This document shows, piece after piece, positions 9,927-18,600 of a stretch of DNA of 64,000 nt (the stretch's first letter is position 1; every line of letters begins with the position of its first letter). Source of the stretch: Candidatus Thorarchaeota archaeon (GTDB lineage Archaea; Asgardarchaeota; Thorarchaeia; Thorarchaeales; Thorarchaeaceae). A program made the position numbers and the translations under genes. The notes under the pieces were generated by a model that was not told the origin of the DNA, ran no database searches, and worked only from the letters and a program-made list of their open reading frames with translations. Location: contig RDNZ01000001.1 in the NCBI GenBank assembly GCA_011364905.1, forward strand, positions 32,001 through 96,000, given 5' to 3'.

Positions 9927-10395
9927 CACCTAATGTTTTGTGCGCCACGTTCCGAAGAACCCATTTTGAGGTTTATCGCAAGATACACTCCGCACGCCAA
10001 AGAGTGTAATCGGCTCGCACATTGAATATGCCGTGCCCTTGTTTGGATATGTCTTGGGAGCATTCGCAGTTATACCTTGTGGTCGGAGAAACTCCCAAAG
10101 AACTCTGGGTCGTGCTGGTAGTGATAGTCCACATTAAGATACCACAATCTCGCATAAAAAGACTATGCGCATGTCTGACTCATTTCGATTCGAGTCGTGT
10201 GCATCTCACCCTCAGCATCTTACGTTTTTGTGCCCGCAATCGCAACCTTTAATCGGTGTACAACATCCTGATTCTCTAAGGCCAAAGTAGAGAGAGAAAG
10301 ACCTTAATGTGGGACTAGGCGCGAATGTCCTCTCTGAACCGGGTTTATGTTTCAAGACTTGGCCAGACCAGTAAGACAGTTGGAGACATGACTAT

Positions 10396-12216
10396 ATGCG
10401 TGTGTATTTAGACGCGAACTTCTTCATATCGGGTTTCTCGGACCGCCCAAAAGATGTAGCAGTTGTAAAGAAAGCCGCAGACGAAGCGGAGATGGAACTT
10501 TGGATCACAAGACAAGTGTTTCAGGAGCTCAGGTGGTATCTAAGAAGAGAAGCTGAGAAGATTGTGCAGATAGATGAAACTCTCTCGAAAGATATCAAAG
10601 CTTTCATGGAAAGCATAAATCGTCCAGAGTCATCGCTGCCACAGCCAAATGATATGTCTCTTGTCTTAGGCGCTATGCGTAGCAAAGGTTCAAAGATTGT
10701 GACTAGTGACCTGAAGTTGTTGAATACAATTCAGGATCTGAATGTTGACGTTGAAGGCATTGTTGGATCCGCGTTTGTACTGGAACTTATGGAGTCAGTT
10801 TCGGATGAAAAGCTAAAGGAGGATCTCTCAGCAATCAGAGACCGCATATATTCGGAGGAAGTAAGATACAGCATCTCTCGCCAGGAAACATATGATCCTG
10901 TGACTAGAATCCGTATCATTGAGGACCATGCCCTTCGAGTGCTCAGGACTGTAAAACGGCCAGCTGAGGGTTTCGACAGAAAGCTCTCAAAGGGACAGCC
11001 TCTGTTTGTTCTCGACTTCCTAGAAGACATCAAGGCTGATGTCCCCAATATGTTCGAGGACTTTAGAGAAGGAAAGTATGATACTCTAGCTCATGAGATT
11101 GAGGCAGTGCAGAATGAGATTGAGAGGCTGCTCATTGTATCAACACTGACGGAAGACAGTGAAACACATGGTCAACTAGTCAGGCATGCTTCAGACCTCA
11201 CACTGTTCCTATATTACTTGGAGATGATTTGCCATCTGTATCGAGGGACCCGCCAGGGTATTGAAGATGCCTTAACAATCAGCGACGAAGCATTTAGGCT
11301 TTTGATGTTTGCAGAAGTAAGCAATGATGAGCTTAAGGCATCAGTCTTCTTTGTACGAATTGTTCTTGCTCTCATACGAGAAGATTACGAAGAGATTGAT
11401 TACTATTACAGCCTCTATGATAGCATGATCAACCGCATTGGGTTAACCGATATGCTAGAAACCTCTGAAGGGCTCTATATTACGATGCAGATCCTTAGGA
11501 AGTTTATGGGTGGTTTCAGTCTGACAAAGAACAAACTGCAATACCCGGAAGTAACCATGTCCATGCTCAATGACCTGACAAAATACGCAATCCAGTTCGA
11601 CGACCACGATAATGCATGGCAGTTAGCAGTGACAGCGTATAAAATTGGAGTAGCATACAACAAAGAGGACGGCGCATTGGGATCGTTCCTCATGCTATAC
11701 AAGGTTTCATCGTCATCACATGATAGATTCAAACCAGCTCTTGAAAAAATAGCAGAGCATGCACTGAAGGCATTTGTCAAGAAGGGCTGGGATACAACAC
11801 AAATCACCCCAATTCTGAACGAGGTTCAAGGACAGCTCCCGCAAGTCAGCGGGATGACCACAGATGGACCAGTGGACCAAAAAGAGTTGAACGAAGAACT
11901 CACTGGCTGGATGGATGTTCTGTCACTTGAAACAATTGATGGCGTCGAAATGCTTGTTGTCAGAAATGACAAACTACAAGCACGTATTGCCATTGCAGTT
12001 GGGAACCGTCAGGAACTTTGTGCACTGAAAACAGGACACAAGGTTGCGCTAACAAATGGAAATTTCGAAGTGTCAAATGCGAAACCTGAAGTAGTCAAAC
12101 AATACTCTATAGTATTGACAATCACACCCAGCGAAAGCGCAGAGATTTCCTATGAAGGCGAGTATGGATTCAGCTATCTCAAAGTAACTGAGGAAACTGC
12201 CAAATTAAAGACATAA
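10396..12216 (+). CDS. PIN-domain protein with long helical C-terminal region
   Basis: RVYLDANFFI, VFQEL, NDMSLV and IVTSD give the four PIN acidic residues; ~450-aa extension. Confidence 0.75.
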   Translation: MRVYLDANFFISGFSDRPKDVAVVKKAADEAEMELWITRQVFQELRWYLRREAEKIVQIDETLSKDIKAFMESINRPESSLPQPNDMSLVLGAMRSKGSKIVTSDLKLLNTIQDLNVDVEGIVGSAFVLELMESVSDEKLKEDLSAIRDRIYSEEVRYSISRQETYDPVTRIRIIEDHALRVLRTVKRPAEGFDRKLSKGQPLFVLDFLEDIKADVPNMFEDFREGKYDTLAHEIEAVQNEIERLLIVSTLTEDSETHGQLVRHASDLTLFLYYLEMICHLYRGTRQGIEDALTISDEAFRLLMFAEVSNDELKASVFFVRIVLALIREDYEEIDYYYSLYDSMINRIGLTDMLETSEGLYITMQILRKFMGGFSLTKNKLQYPEVTMSMLNDLTKYAIQFDDHDNAWQLAVTAYKIGVAYNKEDGALGSFLMLYKVSSSSHDRFKPALEKIAEHALKAFVKKGWDTTQITPILNEVQGQLPQVSGMTTDGPVDQKELNEELTGWMDVLSLETIDGVEMLVVRNDKLQARIAIAVGNRQELCALKTGHKVALTNGNFEVSNAKPEVVKQYSIVLTITPSESAEISYEGEYGFSYLKVTEETAKLKT

Positions 12217-12234
12217 AGGCGGATTTGAAAGAAA

Positions 12235-12678
12235 TTGAACATACTGACATGGGTAATCCTTGTAGTTGCAGTTTTGCTGTCTTCAGCCTTCAACTACATA
12301 CTCAACAGGGCACCCGGAGCAGATCCAGAGGATTTTCAAGTAGGTCCTCCTCAACTGGGTATCACATGTGATTGCTCGTTGAATGTTATCATCATTGGAG
12401 CCATCATGGTTCTAGCACTCAGTTCAGTATCGGATTTGTTTGCGACGCGCTTGGAGCTTTACTCTGTTGGAATAATCTCTTTTGGTGCAATAACTGCCGC
12501 GGGTCTTATAGGTCGCCGCCGTAGACACAAGGAATGGGCGGAACTCAGAAGAACTATTGAGAGAGCAGTCCCTGCTTCTTCATTCTACGGATTAGGACGA
12601 GCTCCAATCGACATTGCATTTGAGGATGATGACGAAGTTGATGACGACGATGATGACTTCGACTATGGGGAGTTCTAA
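12235..12678 (+). CDS. Hypothetical membrane protein with acidic tail
   Basis: Three hydrophobic segments, poly-Asp C-terminus, TTG start. Confidence 0.6.
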   Translation: MNILTWVILVVAVLLSSAFNYILNRAPGADPEDFQVGPPQLGITCDCSLNVIIIGAIMVLALSSVSDLFATRLELYSVGIISFGAITAAGLIGRRRRHKEWAELRRTIERAVPASSFYGLGRAPIDIAFEDDDEVDDDDDDFDYGEF

Positions 12679-13049
12679 TTCTCACTTCCCCTTTTTGGTA
12701 CAATCTTATCATCCTTGATATTTGGAAACTTCAAAGCGAGTAGTCTACTTGCTTGATGTTTTATAGCCTCGAACGAGTGTTCTTCACCTGGTTCTACAAT
12801 CACAACGTCACCATTCTTCAATTCGTGCCGTTCTTTTCCGATGTACAAATCAAGGTCGCTCAAGGCAATGAAAACTTCCTCCAAGCGCTCATGGGCATGA
12901 GGTGAACTTCTCCCTTCGCCTTCAATATCGACCAGAATCACGCCACAGGAGTCAAGAGATTCACGAAAGCGGAGGTCCGCAACATACGCTGCTTTGTAGC
13001 CAGCTCGTTCAGCTCTTTCTGCATCCTCAGCTCTATAGATACGAACCAT
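12675..13049 (-). CDS. Cupin domain protein
   Basis: PHAHERLEEVF and GDVVIVEPGEEH cupin motifs; ATG at 13049. Confidence 0.85.
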   Translation of the reverse strand: MVRIYRAEDAERAERAGYKAAYVADLRFRESLDSCGVILVDIEGEGRSSPHAHERLEEVFIALSDLDLYIGKERHELKNGDVVIVEPGEEHSFEAIKHQASRLLALKFPNIKDDKIVPKRGSEN

Positions 13050-13238
13050 TTCAATCGATATCAGAGAAAACATTGTTAGAGAAATACTTTGCCGCTGAGG
13101 AGATGAGGAAGTCGAGGGAAAAGTGAAGATATGTGGATTTCTTCAATTGCGCCAAGATTGAATCTTTTTATGCCTGTGTCGCTTTTCGTCTTAAACCAGA
13201 AGGTATTAGTTGCTGGAAATCAATGCTATATTCTGAGA

Positions 13239-14345
13239 ATGACCACTCCCGAAGTAACAAAGAACCGGATGATCTTCAAAGTTCTTATTATCGGCAATGA
13301 TTTGCCACTGCAAACTGGTTTTCTTAGCAGAGCCTCCGGTAATCGCGTATCTTGTCAGATGTACAACACTATAGGTTTGAGCCTCGGAGTGGCAAGACAT
13401 GATTATCCTAGTGGGCAAAGCGTGATTCTCCAACTTTGGTCAATCCCATGCTCTGAAAGGTTGGATAGACTCTCCCGAAATTTCACCAGAGGCCACAGCG
13501 CTATTATTGTCATAATCCGGCCTGACGAAGTTGAATCTATACCGCGAATGTTTGATCATCTCTCTCTTAGCCCGAAAACCCCATTGATTGTTGTTGTTGT
13601 AGGTTCAGTCAGAGAAGCTGAGGACTGCTCTTACCGGCTAGAAGCATTTCTTGGGAGGGATTCTCCTGTCGAAGCAATGCAGACTACTGAAGAAATCACA
13701 GATAGTATAGCGACAGGGTTATTGACTCGGAATTCACGAGAGTGTAAGCTTCCAATGATTGTGGCTCTTGACGAAGAAGTCTGTCCGCTGTATGAACCGA
13801 CACTCCCTGCGATAGCAGCTCCGCCGAACACCCCTGAGGAGATCAATGAGATTCGAACAATTGCTATTGAGCTCGGACTTCGTGTTGTTGAAGAATCGTG
13901 TGCGGTAGAGATGGATGAAGGCGTGGCTTGGATTAGTATGAAGACAGGCACCATTAAGTTGAAACCAGGAATCTGTAGATATTGCTCTAACTCCTGCAAG
14001 AGGCAATCCAATATATGCATTGTAGGAACGGATGTGGGGTGGTCGACACTTAGCCTGGGTTCAAAAGCGCTTCTTACAATCGCAAAGATCTATGCTCTTA
14101 CAGCAAGAATGCTTCCTACGCGTGTCATGAAGCAACTTGAGAGGTCTACAGTTTGCCTTCGTTTCAACCCAAGTCCTGCAATATCAATTAAAAATGTGCC
14201 AGATCGAATTCTGAGTGGCTTCAAATATCCTGCATCAGGCAAATCTCTCCTTGATGCTGCAAAAGAGCGAGTTAAACAAGGACTACTCTCAAAAGACGTT
14301 TATATCCTACTAAAAAAGAAGCTACACAATCTGGAATCATCATAA
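13239..14345 (+). CDS. Degenerate Rab/Ras-like GTPase-fold protein with Cys-rich C-terminal domain
   Basis: FKVLIIG, YNTIG, ILQLWS, ERLDRL..FTRG.AIIVI and PLIVVVVG match the Rab scaffold, but G1 (GKS/T), G3 (DxxG) and G4 (NKxD) are lost. CRYCSNSC..C cluster. Confidence 0.65.
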   Translation: MTTPEVTKNRMIFKVLIIGNDLPLQTGFLSRASGNRVSCQMYNTIGLSLGVARHDYPSGQSVILQLWSIPCSERLDRLSRNFTRGHSAIIVIIRPDEVESIPRMFDHLSLSPKTPLIVVVVGSVREAEDCSYRLEAFLGRDSPVEAMQTTEEITDSIATGLLTRNSRECKLPMIVALDEEVCPLYEPTLPAIAAPPNTPEEINEIRTIAIELGLRVVEESCAVEMDEGVAWISMKTGTIKLKPGICRYCSNSCKRQSNICIVGTDVGWSTLSLGSKALLTIAKIYALTARMLPTRVMKQLERSTVCLRFNPSPAISIKNVPDRILSGFKYPASGKSLLDAAKERVKQGLLSKDVYILLKKKLHNLESS

Positions 14346-14368
14346 AGTCCCTGAACGAGGAAAGCACT

Positions 14369-14872
14369 ATGCCATCTAGAACAATCTCTGTCATTGGAGG
14401 GTCTGATAGTAACTCAAGCAATTTGGAACTGGCTGAGCGCCTTGGAGCAGAGATTGCTAAGAGCGGTGCGATTCTCGTATGCGGCGGCCTTGGCGGAATC
14501 ATGGAAGCAGCATGCAAAGGTGCGAAGTTGGCAGGAGGGCAAACGCTAGGAATCATTCCATCTGACACCAAAGAGCATGCCAATGAGTTTGTTGACATAG
14601 CAATTCCAACAGGAATTGGGTATGCGAGAAACTTCCTAGTTGCAAAAGCTGGTGATGCAGTAATAGCTCTAGATGGATCAGCTGGCACACTCAGTGAAAT
14701 TGCCATTGCCTGGTTCTCAAACAAACCAATAGTATCACTCGTTCCAACAGGAGGTTGGGCTGCTAGGCTGGCTGGAGAAAAACTCGATGAGAGACGAGAT
14801 GATGCCATTCATTCTGCAAGTTCTCCTGAAGAAGCAGTAAAGATAGTGTTTCAAGTAATGAATTGGAAATAG
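14369..14872 (+). CDS. TIGR00725 family / LOG-SLOG Rossmann-fold protein
   Basis: VCGGLGGIMEAACKGA, TGIGYARN, GSAGTLSEIA. Confidence 0.88.
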   Translation: MPSRTISVIGGSDSNSSNLELAERLGAEIAKSGAILVCGGLGGIMEAACKGAKLAGGQTLGIIPSDTKEHANEFVDIAIPTGIGYARNFLVAKAGDAVIALDGSAGTLSEIAIAWFSNKPIVSLVPTGGWAARLAGEKLDERRDDAIHSASSPEEAVKIVFQVMNWK

Positions 14873-14888
14873 GTTGTGAACGGAAAAC

Positions 14889-15731
14889 TTGGATGTTGTT
14901 CAATCCATACTTAATGGAAAAGCAAACGTAGACGCTGAAGAAATAGTTCATATGCTAAGCATGCTAAAAGACGAATACCGAAACAAACGGAACGTTGTTG
15001 AGATACCATCAAGTAATCTCATCTTTGTGGGAGACCTCCATGGAGAACTTGATTCAGTTTTCCAAGTGCAAAGGCTTTTCTCGAAGTATAAAACTCATTC
15101 TTTCATCTTTCTTGGTGACTATGGAGACAGAGGGCCAGCTCAGATTGAAACAGTAAACACAGTGATGGCTCTTGCCCTAAGTGAACCAGAGAGAGTGCTT
15201 CTCCTGCGCGGGAATCATGAGTCAGATGAGGTAGCTCAACGATATGGTTTCTATACTGAGGTCACCCGCCAATACTCGTTCGAACTTTATAACAAGTATT
15301 TGGAAATGTTCCAAGTGCTCCCAATGGCAGCCATCAGCCCGGGATTCATATTTGCATGTCATGGCGGGATTCCTGAGAATGTGACATCAGTTCAGGACAT
15401 TCAAAAATGCAATAGAATGGATTCAAACTTCCCTGATGATATCATCTTCCAAATAGCGTGGAATGATCCAAAGGACGCTGATTTTAGGTTTGCAGCAAAC
15501 TCTCGTGGAATGAATGTCAGATCATTCGGACGTCTTGCCTTTGAGGAATTCACTAGGAATTTGGATGTTCAATTGATGGTTAGAGCGCACGAGGTTTTTC
15601 CAGAGGGTGTCAGAACTTTTTTTGATGGACGTCTCTATAGCGTTTTCAGTGCGACATACAGAGGTTTGGCTTCTCCCAAGGTGCTACGTGTGGGGTCTAA
15701 CCTTCAGACAGAGGTAATTCCGTTAATGTAA
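14889..15731 (+). CDS. PPP-family serine/threonine protein phosphatase
   Basis: GDLHG, GDYGDRG, LLRGNHE, HGG, WNDP, RAHE, SVFSA. Confidence 0.92.
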   Translation: MDVVQSILNGKANVDAEEIVHMLSMLKDEYRNKRNVVEIPSSNLIFVGDLHGELDSVFQVQRLFSKYKTHSFIFLGDYGDRGPAQIETVNTVMALALSEPERVLLLRGNHESDEVAQRYGFYTEVTRQYSFELYNKYLEMFQVLPMAAISPGFIFACHGGIPENVTSVQDIQKCNRMDSNFPDDIIFQIAWNDPKDADFRFAANSRGMNVRSFGRLAFEEFTRNLDVQLMVRAHEVFPEGVRTFFDGRLYSVFSATYRGLASPKVLRVGSNLQTEVIPLM

Positions 15732-15849
15732 TCACACAGTGAGTTCAATAGTGGGACTATGATGTAGTTTTTTAGGGACAGCTGCAAAGGCAACTTCATA
15801 AGGTGTTAGAGTTCGCCGGTACAAAGCCTTTATTGAGAGACGAGTTAAA

Positions 15850-16932
15850 ATGCCAAAAGTAGCCGTTGTCAAAACTTCACCTAAGACAATCTTTGATGAC
15901 ATTGCTAGAGCAATGGACCTTGCTGAGTACGATAAATTCGTTTCCAAGGATGTTGCCACCACAATAAAGCTAAATCTTTCGTGGAGCAAACTCTATCCAG
16001 CCTGCTCCACCAACCCCTATATTCTTGATGGGCTTCTTAGGAAATTACTGTCTGATGGATTTGACAACGGGAAAATTCAGGCTGTTGAAAACGAAACTGT
16101 TGTTACAAACATCTATGCAGGAGTGAAAAACAATAATTGGTACCCAGTTATGAAGAAGCACAAGATCAAGTTTCTACCTCTCATTAAGGCCACCTATGTC
16201 AATGTTGATCTGCCTCAAAAAACACTGGTTATGGAGGATATTTTTGGAGAAACAATAGCTCCCAAGGAGATTTTTGGTACTAATATCATTCACCTGCCAA
16301 CCATAAAGACCCATGGTCACACCCAAATGACTGGTGCAATGAAAGACTCCTTTGGCCTCTATCTAACAAAGAACAGGCATCTTGCTCACCTGAAGATTCA
16401 CGAGATCCTGGTTGACCTGCTTTTGATGCAACAAACAATCTCGCACTCAGAGTTCGTATTGACTGATGGAACTGTTATGGGTGATGGACCAGGTCCTAGG
16501 ACGATGGTCCCGAAAATTGGAAATCTACTGATTGCAACATCAGATATGGTTGCAGCAGACACAGTGCAGACAAGGCTAATGGGTATAGACCAGAATTGTG
16601 TCCACAAACTCCAGATTGCAAACAGTCTTGGACTTGGTGAATCTGATCCAGAGCGAATTGAAATAGTGGGTGACTATGAGTCTTGGAAAGACCTCCCTAA
16701 CTTTCATATGAAACCAGGAAAGAGCCCCGTCGTCGCTTTCAATCGGGGATTTTTGAGGTTCCCTGGAATGGAAACATTCTTGTTCAGGTCTCCATTAATG
16801 TGGCTCCCGACTCAGCTCAGTGGTTTATACCATGATGGTATCTGGCTTCCTCTCAAAGGGAGGAAATGGGTCAAATGGTTCCTTGAAGAAACCGAGTGGG
16901 GTAAGCTATGGAGCTCATATTCAGAAAAGTAG
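15850..16932 (+). CDS. DUF362 domain protein
   Basis: IKLNL, TNPYIL, LPTIKTHGHTQMTGAMK, DG..GDGPGP, DMVAAD. Confidence 0.85.
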   Translation: MPKVAVVKTSPKTIFDDIARAMDLAEYDKFVSKDVATTIKLNLSWSKLYPACSTNPYILDGLLRKLLSDGFDNGKIQAVENETVVTNIYAGVKNNNWYPVMKKHKIKFLPLIKATYVNVDLPQKTLVMEDIFGETIAPKEIFGTNIIHLPTIKTHGHTQMTGAMKDSFGLYLTKNRHLAHLKIHEILVDLLLMQQTISHSEFVLTDGTVMGDGPGPRTMVPKIGNLLIATSDMVAADTVQTRLMGIDQNCVHKLQIANSLGLGESDPERIEIVGDYESWKDLPNFHMKPGKSPVVAFNRGFLRFPGMETFLFRSPLMWLPTQLSGLYHDGIWLPLKGRKWVKWFLEETEWGKLWSSYSEK

Positions 16933-16949
16933 GTTGTTAGGAGACTTCA

Positions 16950-17909
16950 ATGATGGGATATTATGAATATTTGAGACTGATGCGTCCGCACCAGTGGTAC
17001 AAGAATGTACTTGTGTTCCTCCCGGTTGTGTTTGGAACACAAAAATTCTTCCCGGTTTGGCTGAACGATGTTGTAGGGAGCATGCCAGTTCTTTTTCTCG
17101 GATTTGCAGTTTTATGCGCTGTATCCAGTGCAGGGTACATATTCAATGACATTGTTGATGAAGAAAAGGACGCCGCTCACCCGGAGAAGCGAGACCGCCC
17201 ACTACCTTCTGGTCAAGCATCAAGATCCACTGCTCTGATTCTGGCAACAGTACTAATGTCTGTCGGACTCATAATAGCATGGCTGCAAGATATTGCATTT
17301 CTTCTGATGATATTGCTATACATAGTCAATAGTCAACTATACAACTGGAAACTCAGAAATTATGCGATTATAGATGTCTGCGTGATTGCCGTGGGTTTCA
17401 TTATAAGAGCAGTATCTGGAACATTTCTCATCAATAAACCGTTCACATCATGGTTAGTCATTGGAGTGTTCTTCTTTGCTCTTGTCTTAGGATTTGGAAA
17501 ACGCAAGAATGAACTCCAACTACTTGGAGCAGATGCAGCACTGCACAAACCAGTATTCAAGCAGTACACTGAAACGATGTTAGATCAAGGCATTGCGATG
17601 GCAGCAACATGGGTTGTTGCGTTTTATGCGCTGTATTGCTACGAGAACTATCAAGCAACCACGGAGTCTCAACCAGTAATCATAACTGTGCCCATAGTCG
17701 CAGGCTTGGTTCTTCGATATGTTCACCTCGTCTACAAAGGAAGTGATGTAGGAAGGAAGCCCCATCTTGCCATCAAGGACAAGGGAATTCTTGCCGGAGC
17801 AATTCTCTTCATTGCGACTTTGCTTGTTACATTGTTCTTCTATCAAGGAATCTATGATTATCTATTCAACCTCTTTCCACCGTTGTTCCCACCCATAATC
17901 CAGCCATAA
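16950..17909 (+). CDS. UbiA-family prenyltransferase, decaprenyl-phosphate phosphoribosyltransferase-like
   Basis: MRPHQWYKNVLVF, YIFNDIVD..KD..HPEKRDRPLPSG, GF.IRA..G, GKRKNEL. Confidence 0.88.
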   Translation: MMGYYEYLRLMRPHQWYKNVLVFLPVVFGTQKFFPVWLNDVVGSMPVLFLGFAVLCAVSSAGYIFNDIVDEEKDAAHPEKRDRPLPSGQASRSTALILATVLMSVGLIIAWLQDIAFLLMILLYIVNSQLYNWKLRNYAIIDVCVIAVGFIIRAVSGTFLINKPFTSWLVIGVFFFALVLGFGKRKNELQLLGADAALHKPVFKQYTETMLDQGIAMAATWVVAFYALYCYENYQATTESQPVIITVPIVAGLVLRYVHLVYKGSDVGRKPHLAIKDKGILAGAILFIATLLVTLFFYQGIYDYLFNLFPPLFPPIIQP

Positions 17910-17910
17910 G

Positions 17911-18600
17911 GTGAACATCTTGAGCTCCAGACTTTCCGCCTTCGACTTACATATGCATACCATACATTCGAAGGACGGGATGCAGAACCCCCACACACTA
18001 TTCAAGCTCATGAAGAAAAAGGGACTTAGAGGACTGGCTCCTACAGAGCACTGGAGAGCTCCAACCCTCAAAGTGATTGAACGCGATGGAAGATTCATCA
18101 TTCCGGCATGCGAGTACAAGACAACCGATTATGGTGAGGTCATCGGTCTCTTCCTTAATGAACACATTGAGAATAGAAGCTTCCAGGAGATTGCAGAAGA
18201 TATACATGATTGCAATGGCTTGGTCGTACTTCCACATCCCAGAGACCCACTGCGTAAGTACACAGCAATCAGACGTGGACTTCCAGATGAAATAATCGAG
18301 AAGCATGTCGATCTAATAGAGGGCATCAACTCAAGATGCATTATAGACCTTTTCAACAAGAATGCTCAGAAATTGGCCAAACGGCTGAAGAAACCCATGA
18401 CAGCTGGAAGCGATGGTCACACATTCTTGGAGATTGGCCATGCCAAGACTTGGTTGCAGGACATCGAAACATCAGATGATATTTATGAGGAGTTGAAGCG
18501 TGGACGTACTCAGATTACAGGATACCCATCGTTTTTCATGCTACATATCCCCACAATGCTATGGCAGAGAGTAAGGAGGATTGCCTATGACAGCTGGTGA
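17911..18600 (+). CDS. PHP-domain metal-dependent phosphoesterase
   Basis: DLHMHTIHSKDG, TEH, PHP, EGINSR, AGSDGH. Confidence 0.88.
   Translation: MNILSSRLSAFDLHMHTIHSKDGMQNPHTLFKLMKKKGLRGLAPTEHWRAPTLKVIERDGRFIIPACEYKTTDYGEVIGLFLNEHIENRSFQEIAEDIHDCNGLVVLPHPRDPLRKYTAIRRGLPDEIIEKHVDLIEGINSRCIIDLFNKNAQKLAKRLKKPMTAGSDGHTFLEIGHAKTWLQDIETSDDIYEELKRGRTQITGYPSFFMLHIPTMLWQRVRRIAYDSW

Noticed and set aside
9758-10252. Short ORFs in the long intergenic gap
   Set aside because: Atypical composition, no recognisable motifs, mutually overlapping frames.
12625-12665. GAT/GAC trinucleotide run
   Set aside because: Encodes a poly-Asp tail; not an independent repeat element.
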